DNA of 64,000 nt from Eukaryota sp. TZLM1-RC (taxonomy: Eukaryota; Protista; Metamonada: BaSk clade), in contig JAUPSS010000010.1 of the NCBI GenBank assembly GCA_040285825.1, positions 1,052,881-1,116,880 of the forward strand, written 5' to 3'. The position numbers were made by a program, and so were the translations under genes. This document shows, in pieces, positions 1 to 10,987 of the stretch (position 1 is the first letter of the stretch; every line of letters starts with the position of its first letter). The notes below the pieces were generated by a model. The model worked only from the letters and a program-made list of their open reading frames with translations, ran no database searches and was not told where the DNA came from.

Positions 1-536
1 AGGGAGATGAAGGCCCATTTGTGGTTGTATGTTAGAGTTATTAAGAATAGAATGAATGATATATCTAAAATTGTGAAAATTATCGTAGATGTGAGAGCGT
101 ATTTAAGCTGAGATCGATGATGTACATCTTCTTCCTGAGTATCACTAGACAAAGAGTTTCCCAACTTCTCAAGCCGATCGGTGACAACCCAATGTGCGAT
201 TTTAAGGAAGAGTAGAGCAAAATTTACTGGAATACAGTACTCAAAATCTCCTGCTCCACTGAGAGCAACAATGTAGATAAAGTTGGGGATGATAAGACGT
301 AACCGAAATTTGACTAACTCAGATTCGCTGGAATCGAGCTGGCCAAGAAGAGCACTTTTGAATAGATATATGATAGAGATTGACAATGCAAGTGCCATGT
401 TAATAAGGATGACTTGATTAAATCGGTTATGTACGAGGAGATAAAGAGTGTTGTAGAGATCATGTTCTTTGTAGGCTGAGATCGAAGTGCTCAGAATTGT
501 CGAAACAATGGATCCATAGACATAGAGTTTCAACAT
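1..536 (-). CDS. HRD1: HRD1/synoviolin-like ERAD membrane E3 ligase, N-terminal part (runs off the window)
   Basis: Manual translation from ATG 536, absent from the ORF track: MLKLYVYGSIVSTILSTSISAYKEHDLYNTLYLLVHNRFNQVILIN...LLGQLDSSESELV...FALLFLKIAHWVVTDRLE. Matches the Hrd1 TM-region pattern GxLxxxExE / LLFLKxxHWxxxDR. Confidence 0.7.
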   Translation of the reverse strand, partial: MLKLYVYGSIVSTILSTSISAYKEHDLYNTLYLLVHNRFNQVILINMALALSISIIYLFKSALLGQLDSSESELVKFRLRLIIPNFIYIVALSGAGDFEYCIPVNFALLFLKIAHWVVTDRLEKLGNSLSSDTQEEDVHHRSQLKYALTSTIIFTILDISFILFLITLTYNHKWAFIS

Positions 537-1240
537 TGCGGTTGTAAATCACAATTTGGAAAGGAATTTGGATAAACACTCAAAACAGCTTGACAGAATT
601 TGCCCAATTGAAACACCCCAACATTTAACTCGGTCAGTACAAACCCACAGCACTAACCAATAAGTAATTGATAATATTCATCAGGCTTGATCAAGGAATA
701 AAGTCCCAAAAGTAATACTATGTTTTAACATTTTTCTGATTAAAGTAAAATGCTTGTTTCTATATGCACCAAATTTGAACCAATGACAAAATGACTAATG
801 TCAAAAATTCAAACACGTTGAGAACAATTTCAGAATACAATCTATCGGACACTGTCAATATCCATTTCAGTATCCACTCCCAGTCTATTTGGTTCACTTC
901 ACCCGTGACGTGATCTACCTCTTCATTGAAGCTGAAGATCATGAAAGTCAAAATCATACGTGATGATAGTAAACGTATGTTTTGAGGAGAGAAAATGTGA
1001 AAAACCAATAGAGTTGGAGTCCCATTTTATTCTCTTCAAAAATACTTTATTGTTAACAACTAGTCAACTCAGCTATGCATTGGCATTGAGTTATTCACCA
1101 AAATAGGCGAAATAGTAAAGATTAGAGATGGGCCTTCTCTTCCTTATTTGACCAAGATCCATCAAAAATGACACGTAAGCATGACGAAAAACCCATTAAA
1201 TATTTTGTTTCATCATTCATTATATCATCTTCATCTTGCA

Positions 1241-3283
1241 ATGTCTCACCTAGAATGCGGAATATGCCTTCAGATCATGGAGCAACCGACTACGCTCCCT
1301 TGTGGTCATAGCTTCTGTCGTGATCGATGTCTGTTGCCCTCAAAGAAGCATAACTCCACCTGTCCTCAATGCCGCGAGGAGATTCCATCAATGTCTCACC
1401 GTATCAATATTACTCTGCGAGATATCATTGAATCCTCCTCTCAACACTCTCCCGAACCTCAACTCTGTAAAGGATGCGAAGATGCTCCTGCCACCCTCTT
1501 CTGCTCTGATTGCGATTCTTCTCTTTGCAAGAACTGTTCTGACCATGCACATATTCTCAAGATGTTCCAATCCCATAACATCGTACCCCTCTCCGAACGT
1601 TCCAATGTCTCCTTGCCAAAATGCCCTCACCATAAGGCTAAACAAATCGAGCATTATTGCACCAAGTGCAAGGTTGCTCTATGCGATTCATGTGGCTTGC
1701 TCCAAGGCCACTCACTCCACCATGAAGCTCTTGTTTCTTTTTCACAAGCCAAGGAAGCCTTCACAAAGCAAATTGAAGAGTTTCAGGCCAGAGCTTCTAC
1801 TATTACCCCCTTAGTAGTTCAATCCGGGGATAAAGTAGAATCTGTCGTAAGGGAAACCCTCAATCAATCCCAATCAATTCTTCATGATTTGATTGGTGAT
1901 TTGATTAGACAGTCAGGCACCAAACTTCAGCAGTTGGAATCATCAAATACTGTTGAAGAATCACTTGCTTTTGATGGTGCTGCCAAGGAAAGAGCTCAAG
2001 AAGAGATTCAAAAGATTTATAATGTAGTTGATCAATTTAAAACTACTTTATTTTCTTGTTTTGATAATTTAGAATCTGAAACTATTGGTTTTAAGCTATC
2101 TTTATTAGGTAAATTACTTGGCAAGGAGTTGATTGATGTTGACAAGCTGAATATTTCAAAGACAGCTCAAGAACTTGTCTTTGCTGCCCAAATTGGTCAA
2201 GATTGTGTCCCTTCAAGAGATGAAATTGATGAATTTATTCCTCTTGAAATTGATTTGGAATTAAAACAAATATTAATTATCAATTTTATTAATAATTCAA
2301 AATCAATTAATGTTTCAGATTTTATTTGGCTCTTTAACCTTGAATCTAATTTAGTTTCCCATATTGATTCTCATTTAGTTATTTCTAAATTGGAATTTGG
2401 TAGGTTTTCCAATCAAGAATTTATCAATATTGTTAATTTTGCAATTCAACAATCTAATTCTTTGTTATTAAGCAAGGTTATTGATAATTATTCATTTCAA
2501 TTAGTTCCAGAATTACCAACTATTCCAATTAATTTATTATCAAACATCACTTTAACAAATTCTTTAAATAAAAGAAAAGAAGAATGGTTGGAGAAGGTAA
2601 TTAAAAAGAATTGTTCAAGAGACAATATTGGTGAAATTTCCAGAAATTTATTAGGGAGGGAATTGATGACCAAAATTAGTGTTGGGGTTTGGGCTTACTC
2701 AAATCACATAAACGACCTAACCACCAAGCTTAATAAAGGTTTAACTGAAAATTGGGGGGATTTAGAAGTTGTTATTAATTCATGTGGTAACGACATCAAC
2801 AATTACAAACAACTTGAACCTTTTGATGTGGTGGTGTTGTCTCCTGCCGATGTCCCTTGTCCCGGCCAATACCTAAACCAGCTGTTAGAAGCCGGTAAGG
2901 GTTTGGTATTGTTCAACTGGGGTCCATCATCAAGCCCCCAAGGGTTCAATTACTCTTGCTTTAGTGGGGGTGGTATTTATAACCTTGGATCACAACAAAA
3001 CATTGTTAAAACAAAGTCAAATGACCCAATATTCACAAATGTCAACTCTTTTGCTGTTCCTTATGCTCGTAAAGATGCCCAACTTGTCAATGGAACCTTG
3101 TTGGCAAGTGTGTCTAATGGAAGTCCTTTAATTGCAAAGAATGAAATAGGACAAGGTAGAATTGTGGAGTTTGGTTGTGGTAATTGGAGTAGTGATATTA
3201 ATAGTGGTGATGGCTGGCAAAGCTCAACTGATGGTCACAGGTTGTTTGCCAATTCTATTGCATGGGCTAGTAAAGGGATTTAG
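1241..3283 (+). CDS. TRIM-like protein copy 1: RING + two B-boxes + coiled coil + C-terminal class I glutamine amidotransferase-like (ThuA/DUF4350-type) domain
   Basis: RING CGIC..LPCGHSFC..C..CPQC; B-box1 CKGC..CSDC..LC..C..H..H; B-box2 CPHH..YCTKC..LC..C..H..H. C-terminal FDVVVL / LLEAGKGLVL / PLIAKNEIGQGRIVEFG / LFANSIxW. Start placed at MSHLEC, the first Met common to all four copies. Confidence 0.85.
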   Translation: MSHLECGICLQIMEQPTTLPCGHSFCRDRCLLPSKKHNSTCPQCREEIPSMSHRINITLRDIIESSSQHSPEPQLCKGCEDAPATLFCSDCDSSLCKNCSDHAHILKMFQSHNIVPLSERSNVSLPKCPHHKAKQIEHYCTKCKVALCDSCGLLQGHSLHHEALVSFSQAKEAFTKQIEEFQARASTITPLVVQSGDKVESVVRETLNQSQSILHDLIGDLIRQSGTKLQQLESSNTVEESLAFDGAAKERAQEEIQKIYNVVDQFKTTLFSCFDNLESETIGFKLSLLGKLLGKELIDVDKLNISKTAQELVFAAQIGQDCVPSRDEIDEFIPLEIDLELKQILIINFINNSKSINVSDFIWLFNLESNLVSHIDSHLVISKLEFGRFSNQEFINIVNFAIQQSNSLLLSKVIDNYSFQLVPELPTIPINLLSNITLTNSLNKRKEEWLEKVIKKNCSRDNIGEISRNLLGRELMTKISVGVWAYSNHINDLTTKLNKGLTENWGDLEVVINSCGNDINNYKQLEPFDVVVLSPADVPCPGQYLNQLLEAGKGLVLFNWGPSSSPQGFNYSCFSGGGIYNLGSQQNIVKTKSNDPIFTNVNSFAVPYARKDAQLVNGTLLASVSNGSPLIAKNEIGQGRIVEFGCGNWSSDINSGDGWQSSTDGHRLFANSIAWASKGI

Positions 3284-3291
3284 TTTGTAAA

Positions 3292-6200
3292 TAAATTGGT
3301 TTTTGTGGAGTATTTCAAACATTTTCAATTTCTTTCTTTCCGCTAGCAGGTGATCAGATCTTTGAGTCGATCAGCAAGTCCTCTTTGATTGGGGATGTCA
3401 ATGTATTCAGTGGTCGGCACGATGAGTATTATTTGACTAGGTATCAATAGATGAAAGTGAATGTGGAAACTTTTAACAACTATAAATGTTGCTTAATGAC
3501 GCGTGGTGTTTTTCTTGTAGATACCTTGTGTTAGCACAGAATTTTTGAGTGGTACTGCCCTGCATTGTGTATTTTTAAAATACAAAATTTATTAATTTTA
3601 AAAGCGAAGCAATAAAGACACTCAGAAAGTTGTGGTTAATGTGAAAATGAATTTATTGTCTACTTTAACTCAAGAAGTCAAAGATCCCAATAATCAAGGA
3701 ACCGCAGATAAACTCAAAAACCTACATCCATTTTAAGATCCACTACCAGATCGAAATTAATATGGAAATTATTGGGAATGCCATTCATTGATTACATCAG
3801 AAGGTTTTTTGGCAATCAAAAATTCCACGAGGAAGGTCTGTAAGTCTTTCTGGTTTTTCTTTAGATCATATCAAAGCTGCGGTAATTTCGTTTGAAGATT
3901 GTTTAATATTACAAGCAATTTCTCAATAATTTTATCTGGCCAGCTCAAATACCCTGAAGAATTATGATGTTCGCATTTCACTGCTCTTGTCAAAAATTCA
4001 AAAAAGAATGTTCGTCTAATTGCAGTTTCTGAAGGTTTGAGCAAAATGTTCAGCTTACTCTTTGAATAGATTCAAAGAAAAAGAAAACAAATTTTGTTGC
4101 CGTTCCAACACGGAATCAATACCACTGATGAAATTGCTTCAGCAGTGTTTGCTACAGATGTGTTATTTCATCAAAGTGAATCCAATGTTTGTATGTTGTT
4201 GGATTTTTGTAATGTCTTTAATTCAATTCATCGTTGCAGTATTCATGGTGCTTTGCTCAATTACTTGCCGGAATTGTTGCCATATTTTCGTACATCTTTC
4301 AGCATAAATTCGAATTTGCATTTTGCTGATTCTATTTTGAAATCATCATGGGGTGTTAAGCAAGGAGCCCTGTTGTTTTGTCTGGCCATTCATCCAAGTT
4401 GATCACATATTCAAGCAATGCTTTTTTCCTTAAAAATGATTATTATACGGATGATGTTCTTTTTAAATTGGTTTTTGTGGTGTATTTCAAACATTGTCAA
4501 TATCTTTCTTTCCGCTAGCAGTTGATCAGCAAGTCCTCTTTGATTGGAGATGTCAAGGCATTCAGTGGTCGGCACGATGAGTATTATTTGACTAGGTATC
4601 AATAGATGAAAATGAATGTGGAAACTTTCAACAACTATAATTGTTGCTTAATGACGCGTGGTGTTCTTCTTGTAGTTACCTTGTGTTAACACAGCATTTT
4701 TGTGTGGTGCTGCCCTGCATTTTTTAACTTTTAAAAAAATTATTAATTTCAAAAACGAAGCAATAAAGACACTTAGAAAGTTGTGGTAAATGTGAAAATG
4801 AATATATTGTCTATTTTAAATCCAGGAGTCAAAGATCCCAATAATCAAGACACCGCAGATAAACTCAAAAACCTACATCCATTTGAAGACCCACTGCCAG
4901 ATCGAAATTATTATGGAAATTATTGGGAATGCCATTCATTGATTACATCAGAAGGTTTTTTGGCAATCAAAAATTCCACGAGGAAGGTCTGTAAGTCTTT
5001 CTGGTTTTTCTTTAGATCATATCAAAGCTGCGGTAATTTCGTTTGAAGATTGTTTAATATTACAAGCAATTTCTCAATAATTTTATCTGGCCAGCTCAAA
5101 TACCCTGAAGAATTATGATGTTCGCATTTCACTGCTCTTGTCAAAAATTCAAAAAAGAATGTTCGTCTAATTGCAGTTTCTGAAGGTTTGAGCAAAATGT
5201 TCAGCTTACTCTTTGAATAGATTCAAAGAAAAGGAAATCAAATTTTGTTGCCGTTCCAACACGGAATCAATACCACTGATGAAATTGCTTCAGCAGTGTT
5301 TGCTACAGATGTGTTATTTCATCAAAGTGAATCCAATGTTTGCATGTTGTTGGATTTTTGTAATGTCTTTAATTCAATTCATCGTTGCAGTATTCATGGT
5401 GCTTTACTCAATTACTTGCCGGAATTGTTGCCATATTTTCGTACATCTTTCAGCATAAATTCGAATTTGCATTTTGCTGATTCTATTTTGAAATCATCAT
5501 GGGGTGTTAAGCAAGGAGCTCTGTTGTTTTGTCTGGCCATTCATCCAAGTTGATCACATATTCAAGCAATGCTTTTTTCCTTAAAAATGATTATTATACG
5601 GATGATGTTCTTTTTAAATTGGTTTTTGTGGTGTATTTCAAACATTGTCAATATCTTTCTTTCCGCTAGCAGTTGATCAGCAAGTCCTCTTTGATTGGAG
5701 ATGTCAAGGCATTCAGTGGTCGGCACGATGAGTATTATTTGACTAGGTATCAATAGATGAAAATGAATGTGGAAACTTTCAACAACTATAATTGTTGCTT
5801 AATGACGCGTGGTGTTCTTCTTGTAGTTACCTTGTGTTAACACAGCATTTTTGTGTGGTGCTGCCCTGCATTTTTTAACTTTTAAAAAAATTATTAATTT
5901 CAAAAACGAAGCAATAAAGACACTTAGAAAGTTGTGGTAAATGTGAAAATGAATATATTGTCTATTTTAAATCCAGGAGTCAAAGATCCCAATAATCAAG
6001 ACACCGCAGATAAACTCAAAAACCTACACCCATTTGAAGACCCACTGCCAGATCGAAATTATTATGGAAATTATTGGAAAAGCCATCCATTGGTTGCATC
6101 AGAAGTTGTTTTGGTAATCAAAGATTCCACGTGGAAGGTCTGCAAGTCTTTCTGGTCTTTCTTTAGATCAAATCAAAGCTGCAGTAATTTCGTTAGAAGA

Positions 6201-6632
6201 TAATTTGTTTAATTTTATAAGCAATTTTTTAATAGTTTTATCTGGCCAGCTCAAATACCCTGAAGAAGTAAGATTTCCGCATTTGACTGCACTTGTCTTA
6301 TATTCAAAAAAGAATGTTCGTCTAATTGCAGTTTCTGAAGGTTTGTACAAAATTGTCAGTTTGCTGTTTAAATAGATTCAAAGAAAAAGAAAAAAAGAAT
6401 TTGTTGCCGTTCCAAAACGGAATTTATACCACTGATGGAGTTGCTTCAGCAGTCTCTGCTACAGATATCGTATTTTATCAAATTAATCCAATGTTTGTAT
6501 GTTATTTGATTTTAGTGATGCCTTTGATTCAATTAATCGTTGCAGTATTCATGGTGCTTTGTTCAATTACTTGCCAGAATTGTTTCCATATACTCATACA
6601 TCTTTTAGCACAATTTCAGATTTGAATTTTGT
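3292..6632 (+). repeat. Tandem array (~1.15 kb period; units start at 3292, 4464, 5615) of a degraded CRE-like non-LTR RT fragment
   Basis: ORF pairs are offset by exactly 1151 bp. Broken frames read KLKNLHP, GRSVSLSGFSLDHIKAA, VRLIAVSE, LLPFQHG, LDFCNVFNSI, GVKQG-(deleted)-ALLFCLA and YTDD. Each unit begins TAAATTGGTTTTTGTGG, the same junction that follows the TRIM stop codon. Confidence 0.85.
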
Positions 6633-7690
6633 GTTGTCATTAATAAATCTTCCCAATCTGCAAATCTATCAGAAAACTCAAATATTGCATTTCTGCATCC
6701 ACCAATAAAAGCACAAGAAGTAAGAATAGAAGCCTTTGGCCAACCCAAACCGCCATAATGTGGAGTAAGGTAAGCATGATCTGGAATTTGAAACCTTTTA
6801 CATACATTTAAAATTGGAAAATCTTGAATCCAAGCCAAACCGCCATAATGTGAACTAAGATAACCATGGTCTGGAGTTGGGAACATTTAACATCCCCATA
6901 ATTGTGAAAAAACTTTTGCACGTAGCTCATTAAATTTTTGAGCCAAAGGTCTAGTGACGAGAGGATTTGTAGATCGAAATATATGATTAAAATTGGAACT
7001 AAAACACAGTCTTATAATGGTAAATTTGATATGTTTCTGTATATCTAAAGTCATCATTCGGTCAATTTTATCGGAAATTGGGTTCAATTTTTTAAACAAT
7101 TTTTTGGTAATTTCATCATTATTTCCTAAAAACGAACCCAATTGACGATTAGCATCAATTGAATATAATTTGGCTTGAATTTTAATACCATCAACTATTG
7201 TAGAAACTGGACAACTTGAAAGCAAAACACATTTAAGTAAATTAAGTTGAATGCCAATATTGGTAAATAATTCTTTAGAACATACAGTTGCTTCCCTAAA
7301 AATCGTTAAGGAACAACATCATCCGTATAAGAAATCATTTTTAAGGAAGGAAACATTGCTTGAATTTGTAATCAGATTGGATGAATGGCCAGACAAAGCA
7401 TCATGAATACTGCAACGATGAATTGAATACAAGGCGTTACTAAAATCCAACAACATTCAAACATTGGATTCATTTTGATGAAATAATACATCTGTAGCAA
7501 ATATAGTTGAAGAAACTCCATCAGTGATATTAATTCCGTGCTGGAACGGCAACAAAATCGTTTTTGTTTTTCCATTGAACCTGTTTAAGCAACAAGCAGA
7601 AAAAAATATTATGTATGCTTTCAGAGACCGCAATAAGACGAAGATCCAATTTTTGAATTCTTGACAAGTGCAGTCAAACGAGAACTTTAT
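6633..7690 (-). mobile_element. Degraded CRE-like non-LTR remnant, inverted relative to the preceding array (RT core through post-RT region)
   Basis: Reverse complement of the same RT fragment, plus downstream LGSFLG, NHIFRS and HYGGLG motifs; homologous to 50430-50780 and 54748-55095. Confidence 0.75.
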
Positions 7691-7699
7691 AATTTGCGA

Positions 7700-7850
7700 C
7701 TATCAGTAGAAGCAGAAAGTTTTTTTAATGACTTCCAAAAAATGGTTCAACAAAAAACAATGAAAAAATTTGATATTTTTTATGGCGTTCTCGAATTCAA
7801 TTTGCCATTATTAATATATTATCTCGGTTTTTCAATCGAATAAGAAAGCT
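7700..7850 (+). mobile_element. 3' fragment of an RLE non-LTR element (also at ~62900-63040)
   Basis: AESFFNDFQKMVQQKTMKKFDI..WRSRIQFAI parallels AMAFLEDFVVVVKERTGRIFNRVYWQNRIVFSI of the 24-26 kb element; DNA match to 62903-63037. Confidence 0.55.
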
Positions 7851-8314
7851 GTAGCTAAAAAGCAAGCAGATCAAGATGTTGTAGAGGAAACATTGGTTCA
7901 ATGAATTTCGTCCCATTAGTTATGAGTTTATTTTGTTAAGTTTGGAAGTTCAATAAATGTTTAATTATTGATACCCAGAATTTTGTACTTTCAGAATGGA
8001 AAATTCAAATATTTATCAATTTCAAAAAGGTAGCAATCAGAATACTGAGAAAGTTTTGTGAAAGCAGATAGCGTGTGATAATATTCGGATTTTCAACTTC
8101 AAATTGTCAAGAAAAAAGGTTAGTTTTTTTTTATTTTATTATTTTTTATTTATAACGTATAGACAAAGAAAACAATGAAAATAATAAAATATATTAAACA
8201 ACTCTTGACAATGTTGAAAAAACAATTTGATTAAAATCCAATGCGCAAAGTAACACAAAAGTAAAGTTGAATAATATAAAATAAAATCTCCCATCCACTC
8301 AATCAAAATCTCAA

Positions 8315-10987
8315 TCAAATGTTCCTTATAATTTCAATCCATTTGTACACTTGCTGTTCATTTTTTCGGGTAATAACTTCCTTAATTTCAGTCAATAATT
8401 CAAAACTTTTCTTCTTTTTTGAAACTGAACTTACCAAACCAGATTTAAAAGCAGCTTGGGCGGCTTCCACAGATAGCTCACTTGCTTTGATAAACGACAA
8501 AAAGTCTTGGAAATCAGCCATCCACAGAACTTTGGAAAATGATTCAAGTTCGGAAAGTGATCGACAATTTGATTGAGGTAACCCAGTTAATAACTCCTTC
8601 CTGAGTAACTGAATATCTAAAGAAAGCCTCGCCAGTCCAGAATTTCCAAATTTTTTCACTTTTCCAAGGCCTAATAGAATAAAACTAAATAAATTATTTA
8701 ACCAACTTAATTTTAATTCATCTAATAATTCTTTTGGGAAAATAGTTAAATTGCCCAAGAAACGTTGATTAAATTCTCCCCAATATGTGAAAGCAACATC
8801 AACAAAATCAGAACTGACTTCCATAGACAACTGATCATCCCATTTAACTTTGCTGACTGTCATTGATATATTTGATTGTTGATCAGGGTCAAAGGTTGCC
8901 TTTTGGAAGAGATAAGTGGTGAGTTCATAAATTGGTTCATATAGACGGAAAAAAGAAGAAAAATTAAATAGATTAAGTTTCTGAAACATTATAAAGACTC
9001 CAAATAAAGAATTAATAGAAGTAATTGCGCTGATTCTACTTTTCAATGGAATTCTGTTGACTTCTAGGCAAACCAATTGGCTTTTAAACTCAGTAATTAC
9101 GGAAAATAATTCTTGAATACTGAAATTATTTGATTGTTGACTGTCCGTTGACCTCCGACTGTTACTAATAATAGAAGGGTCAAAAAGATGACGTAAATGT
9201 GACGTGATAGCCAATACCAGAGGAGACACCGACCCTGACATTTCTGAATTTGGATGAAACAAAGAATATACCGAATAAACGTAAAATAAATAAATTAATT
9301 CAGAAATAATTTGAAAGTAAACTGAATGTTTAGTAAAAATTCTTGATAAAATGAAGCATTCGCAAAGTAAATCACCAATAATTACAGAAGTAACTGGGGA
9401 ATACTTTGCATCAATGAAATCTGTTTTGAGATCAAATTCCTGATTAAAACTAATATTAGGAGCATCAGTGCCGGAATAACCAACAAGAGAGAATATTGAG
9501 CTCCAATCAGAATTTGATAGGCAGTCTTCAATCATTTTGACCTTTGGTGACGTGAGAGGGGTGTGATTGACTGGTTCAATCAAAAATTGATCGATTGTAA
9601 TCAGTTCCTGACACCTTTCAAAAGAATTCCTAGCAAAATTAAATATTCCAGAAAGAATGATAGTATCTAACGATTTAATTAACAAAGATTTAATTTCTGA
9701 AATAGAATTAAATAAGCTTATATCAAGATTAATAACTAAATCAATGTCAGCAATTAAGGCAATTGACTTTGAAAGAATTTTAAATATATCTGACCATGAA
9801 TTTTGATCTAGTGGTATACAATCAAATAAAGATTGAAGAATGTTGGTGATTTGACCAACCAGAATAGGAAAGTTTGAGCTGGCATTGACTTCAAAAGACT
9901 TCAAGAAACCAGAAAATGATTCAAAATCACCAATTTCAATCACATCACCATACCAATTCTGATTACAATCATACCCTATTTTTGACCCAATCACGTTATG
10001 TAAACGTGACCAATCATCTTTCTGCCCTAAACTAAACGAATAACAATACAAAACCATCCAAATTATAAAAGACAATTCATCCAAAACCGACACTATTAAA
10101 GGTAAATAGCTTCTTTTACTTGCATTAGTCAGCATGGTTCTTAAATCTCCCTTAGAACCAACGGCACCTTTATTGACCTTTCTGATACACTTTCTGATTG
10201 CTCCAAGACACACGTGATCGATTAATGATTGGTGGAAGTCAGTCAGATTGATTGGGGGGTTAGAAAAAAGGAAAGAAAAGGAAACAATTGAGATTAAATT
10301 GGTGGTAATGGTAGAGATATTTGGAATAAATTCAGATCTTTTGGCAATCAAATCGATTAAAGAGTCAAGGAAAGTCATCAGACTTTGATTGAAAGATGAA
10401 GAAAAAGAGATGTATTCGGTAATAATCGCGTCATAAGCTTTAATATTAGTTTCTGACTGCTTCATGTAATCAAAATCGATCAAAAAAGATTGATGCTTCT
10501 GTTGTCGGTCGACCCAGTCAATTTCCTTTTGAATATCACGACATTCTTGGTCATGATCACTGAATTTTAGTTTAAATACATTAAAATTATTATAAATATC
10601 CTCAAGTTTTTTCAAAAACACAAGATTTTCTCTCTCCTTCACCAACTCCTTATGCATGGAGCACACACCAAGCCCAGGATCTACCAGGGTTGTCTTGACG
10701 TTGGAAAGGTGAGACTTGGAACTAGAAAGGAACTGACGGCAAGCGCGGAGATCCTCGCCCAGACTAGACATGTGAGCTAATCCTTGGATAAAGGTAGGGG
10801 AAGATGAAGAGATTTTGCTGAAGAGTTGTTTGCGAATGTTTTGTTCTTCATCGGCAAGAAGCACACAGTGGTTATGGATTGCATCAGGGGATAGTGTTGG
10901 AGCACATTGTTTAAGACAGAGTGAAACTTCTTGGCCGAGGTCAAAGTCAGGCTTGCTATAATTTTCAAGAGAGATTTTTGGATCCAT
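8315..10987 (-). CDS. VPS50: VPS50/syndetin-like subunit of the EARP tethering complex
   Basis: 890 aa. N-terminal YxxxDFD plus coiled coil; C-terminal KVKWD...SSDFVD and GLGKVKKFGNSGLARLSLDIQ, matching the syndetin VKKCSxxGRALMxLD motif. Confidence 0.7.
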   Translation of the reverse strand: MDPKISLENYSKPDFDLGQEVSLCLKQCAPTLSPDAIHNHCVLLADEEQNIRKQLFSKISSSSPTFIQGLAHMSSLGEDLRACRQFLSSSKSHLSNVKTTLVDPGLGVCSMHKELVKERENLVFLKKLEDIYNNFNVFKLKFSDHDQECRDIQKEIDWVDRQQKHQSFLIDFDYMKQSETNIKAYDAIITEYISFSSSFNQSLMTFLDSLIDLIAKRSEFIPNISTITTNLISIVSFSFLFSNPPINLTDFHQSLIDHVCLGAIRKCIRKVNKGAVGSKGDLRTMLTNASKRSYLPLIVSVLDELSFIIWMVLYCYSFSLGQKDDWSRLHNVIGSKIGYDCNQNWYGDVIEIGDFESFSGFLKSFEVNASSNFPILVGQITNILQSLFDCIPLDQNSWSDIFKILSKSIALIADIDLVINLDISLFNSISEIKSLLIKSLDTIILSGIFNFARNSFERCQELITIDQFLIEPVNHTPLTSPKVKMIEDCLSNSDWSSIFSLVGYSGTDAPNISFNQEFDLKTDFIDAKYSPVTSVIIGDLLCECFILSRIFTKHSVYFQIISELIYLFYVYSVYSLFHPNSEMSGSVSPLVLAITSHLRHLFDPSIISNSRRSTDSQQSNNFSIQELFSVITEFKSQLVCLEVNRIPLKSRISAITSINSLFGVFIMFQKLNLFNFSSFFRLYEPIYELTTYLFQKATFDPDQQSNISMTVSKVKWDDQLSMEVSSDFVDVAFTYWGEFNQRFLGNLTIFPKELLDELKLSWLNNLFSFILLGLGKVKKFGNSGLARLSLDIQLLRKELLTGLPQSNCRSLSELESFSKVLWMADFQDFLSFIKASELSVEAAQAAFKSGLVSSVSKKKKSFELLTEIKEVITRKNEQQVYKWIEIIRNI

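Noticed and set aside
1181-1240. Longer N-termini of TRIM ORFs given in the ORF track
   Set aside because: Upstream starts differ between copies, and copy 3 has no upstream ATG; MSHLEC is the shared start.
1302-1814. Overlapping alternative-frame ORFs inside TRIM, lanM and other genes
   Set aside because: Shadow frames that recur only because the parent genes are duplicated; lengths are not conserved.
2680-4463. Diversity-generating retroelement (variable C-terminal domain next to an RT)
   Set aside because: Many variable codons fit NNY, but several do not (TGG, GGA, GAA, CGA). No template repeat is visible and the RT is a dead CRE-type, not DGR-type. Positive selection explains the pattern more simply; a genome-wide search for an A-rich template would settle it.
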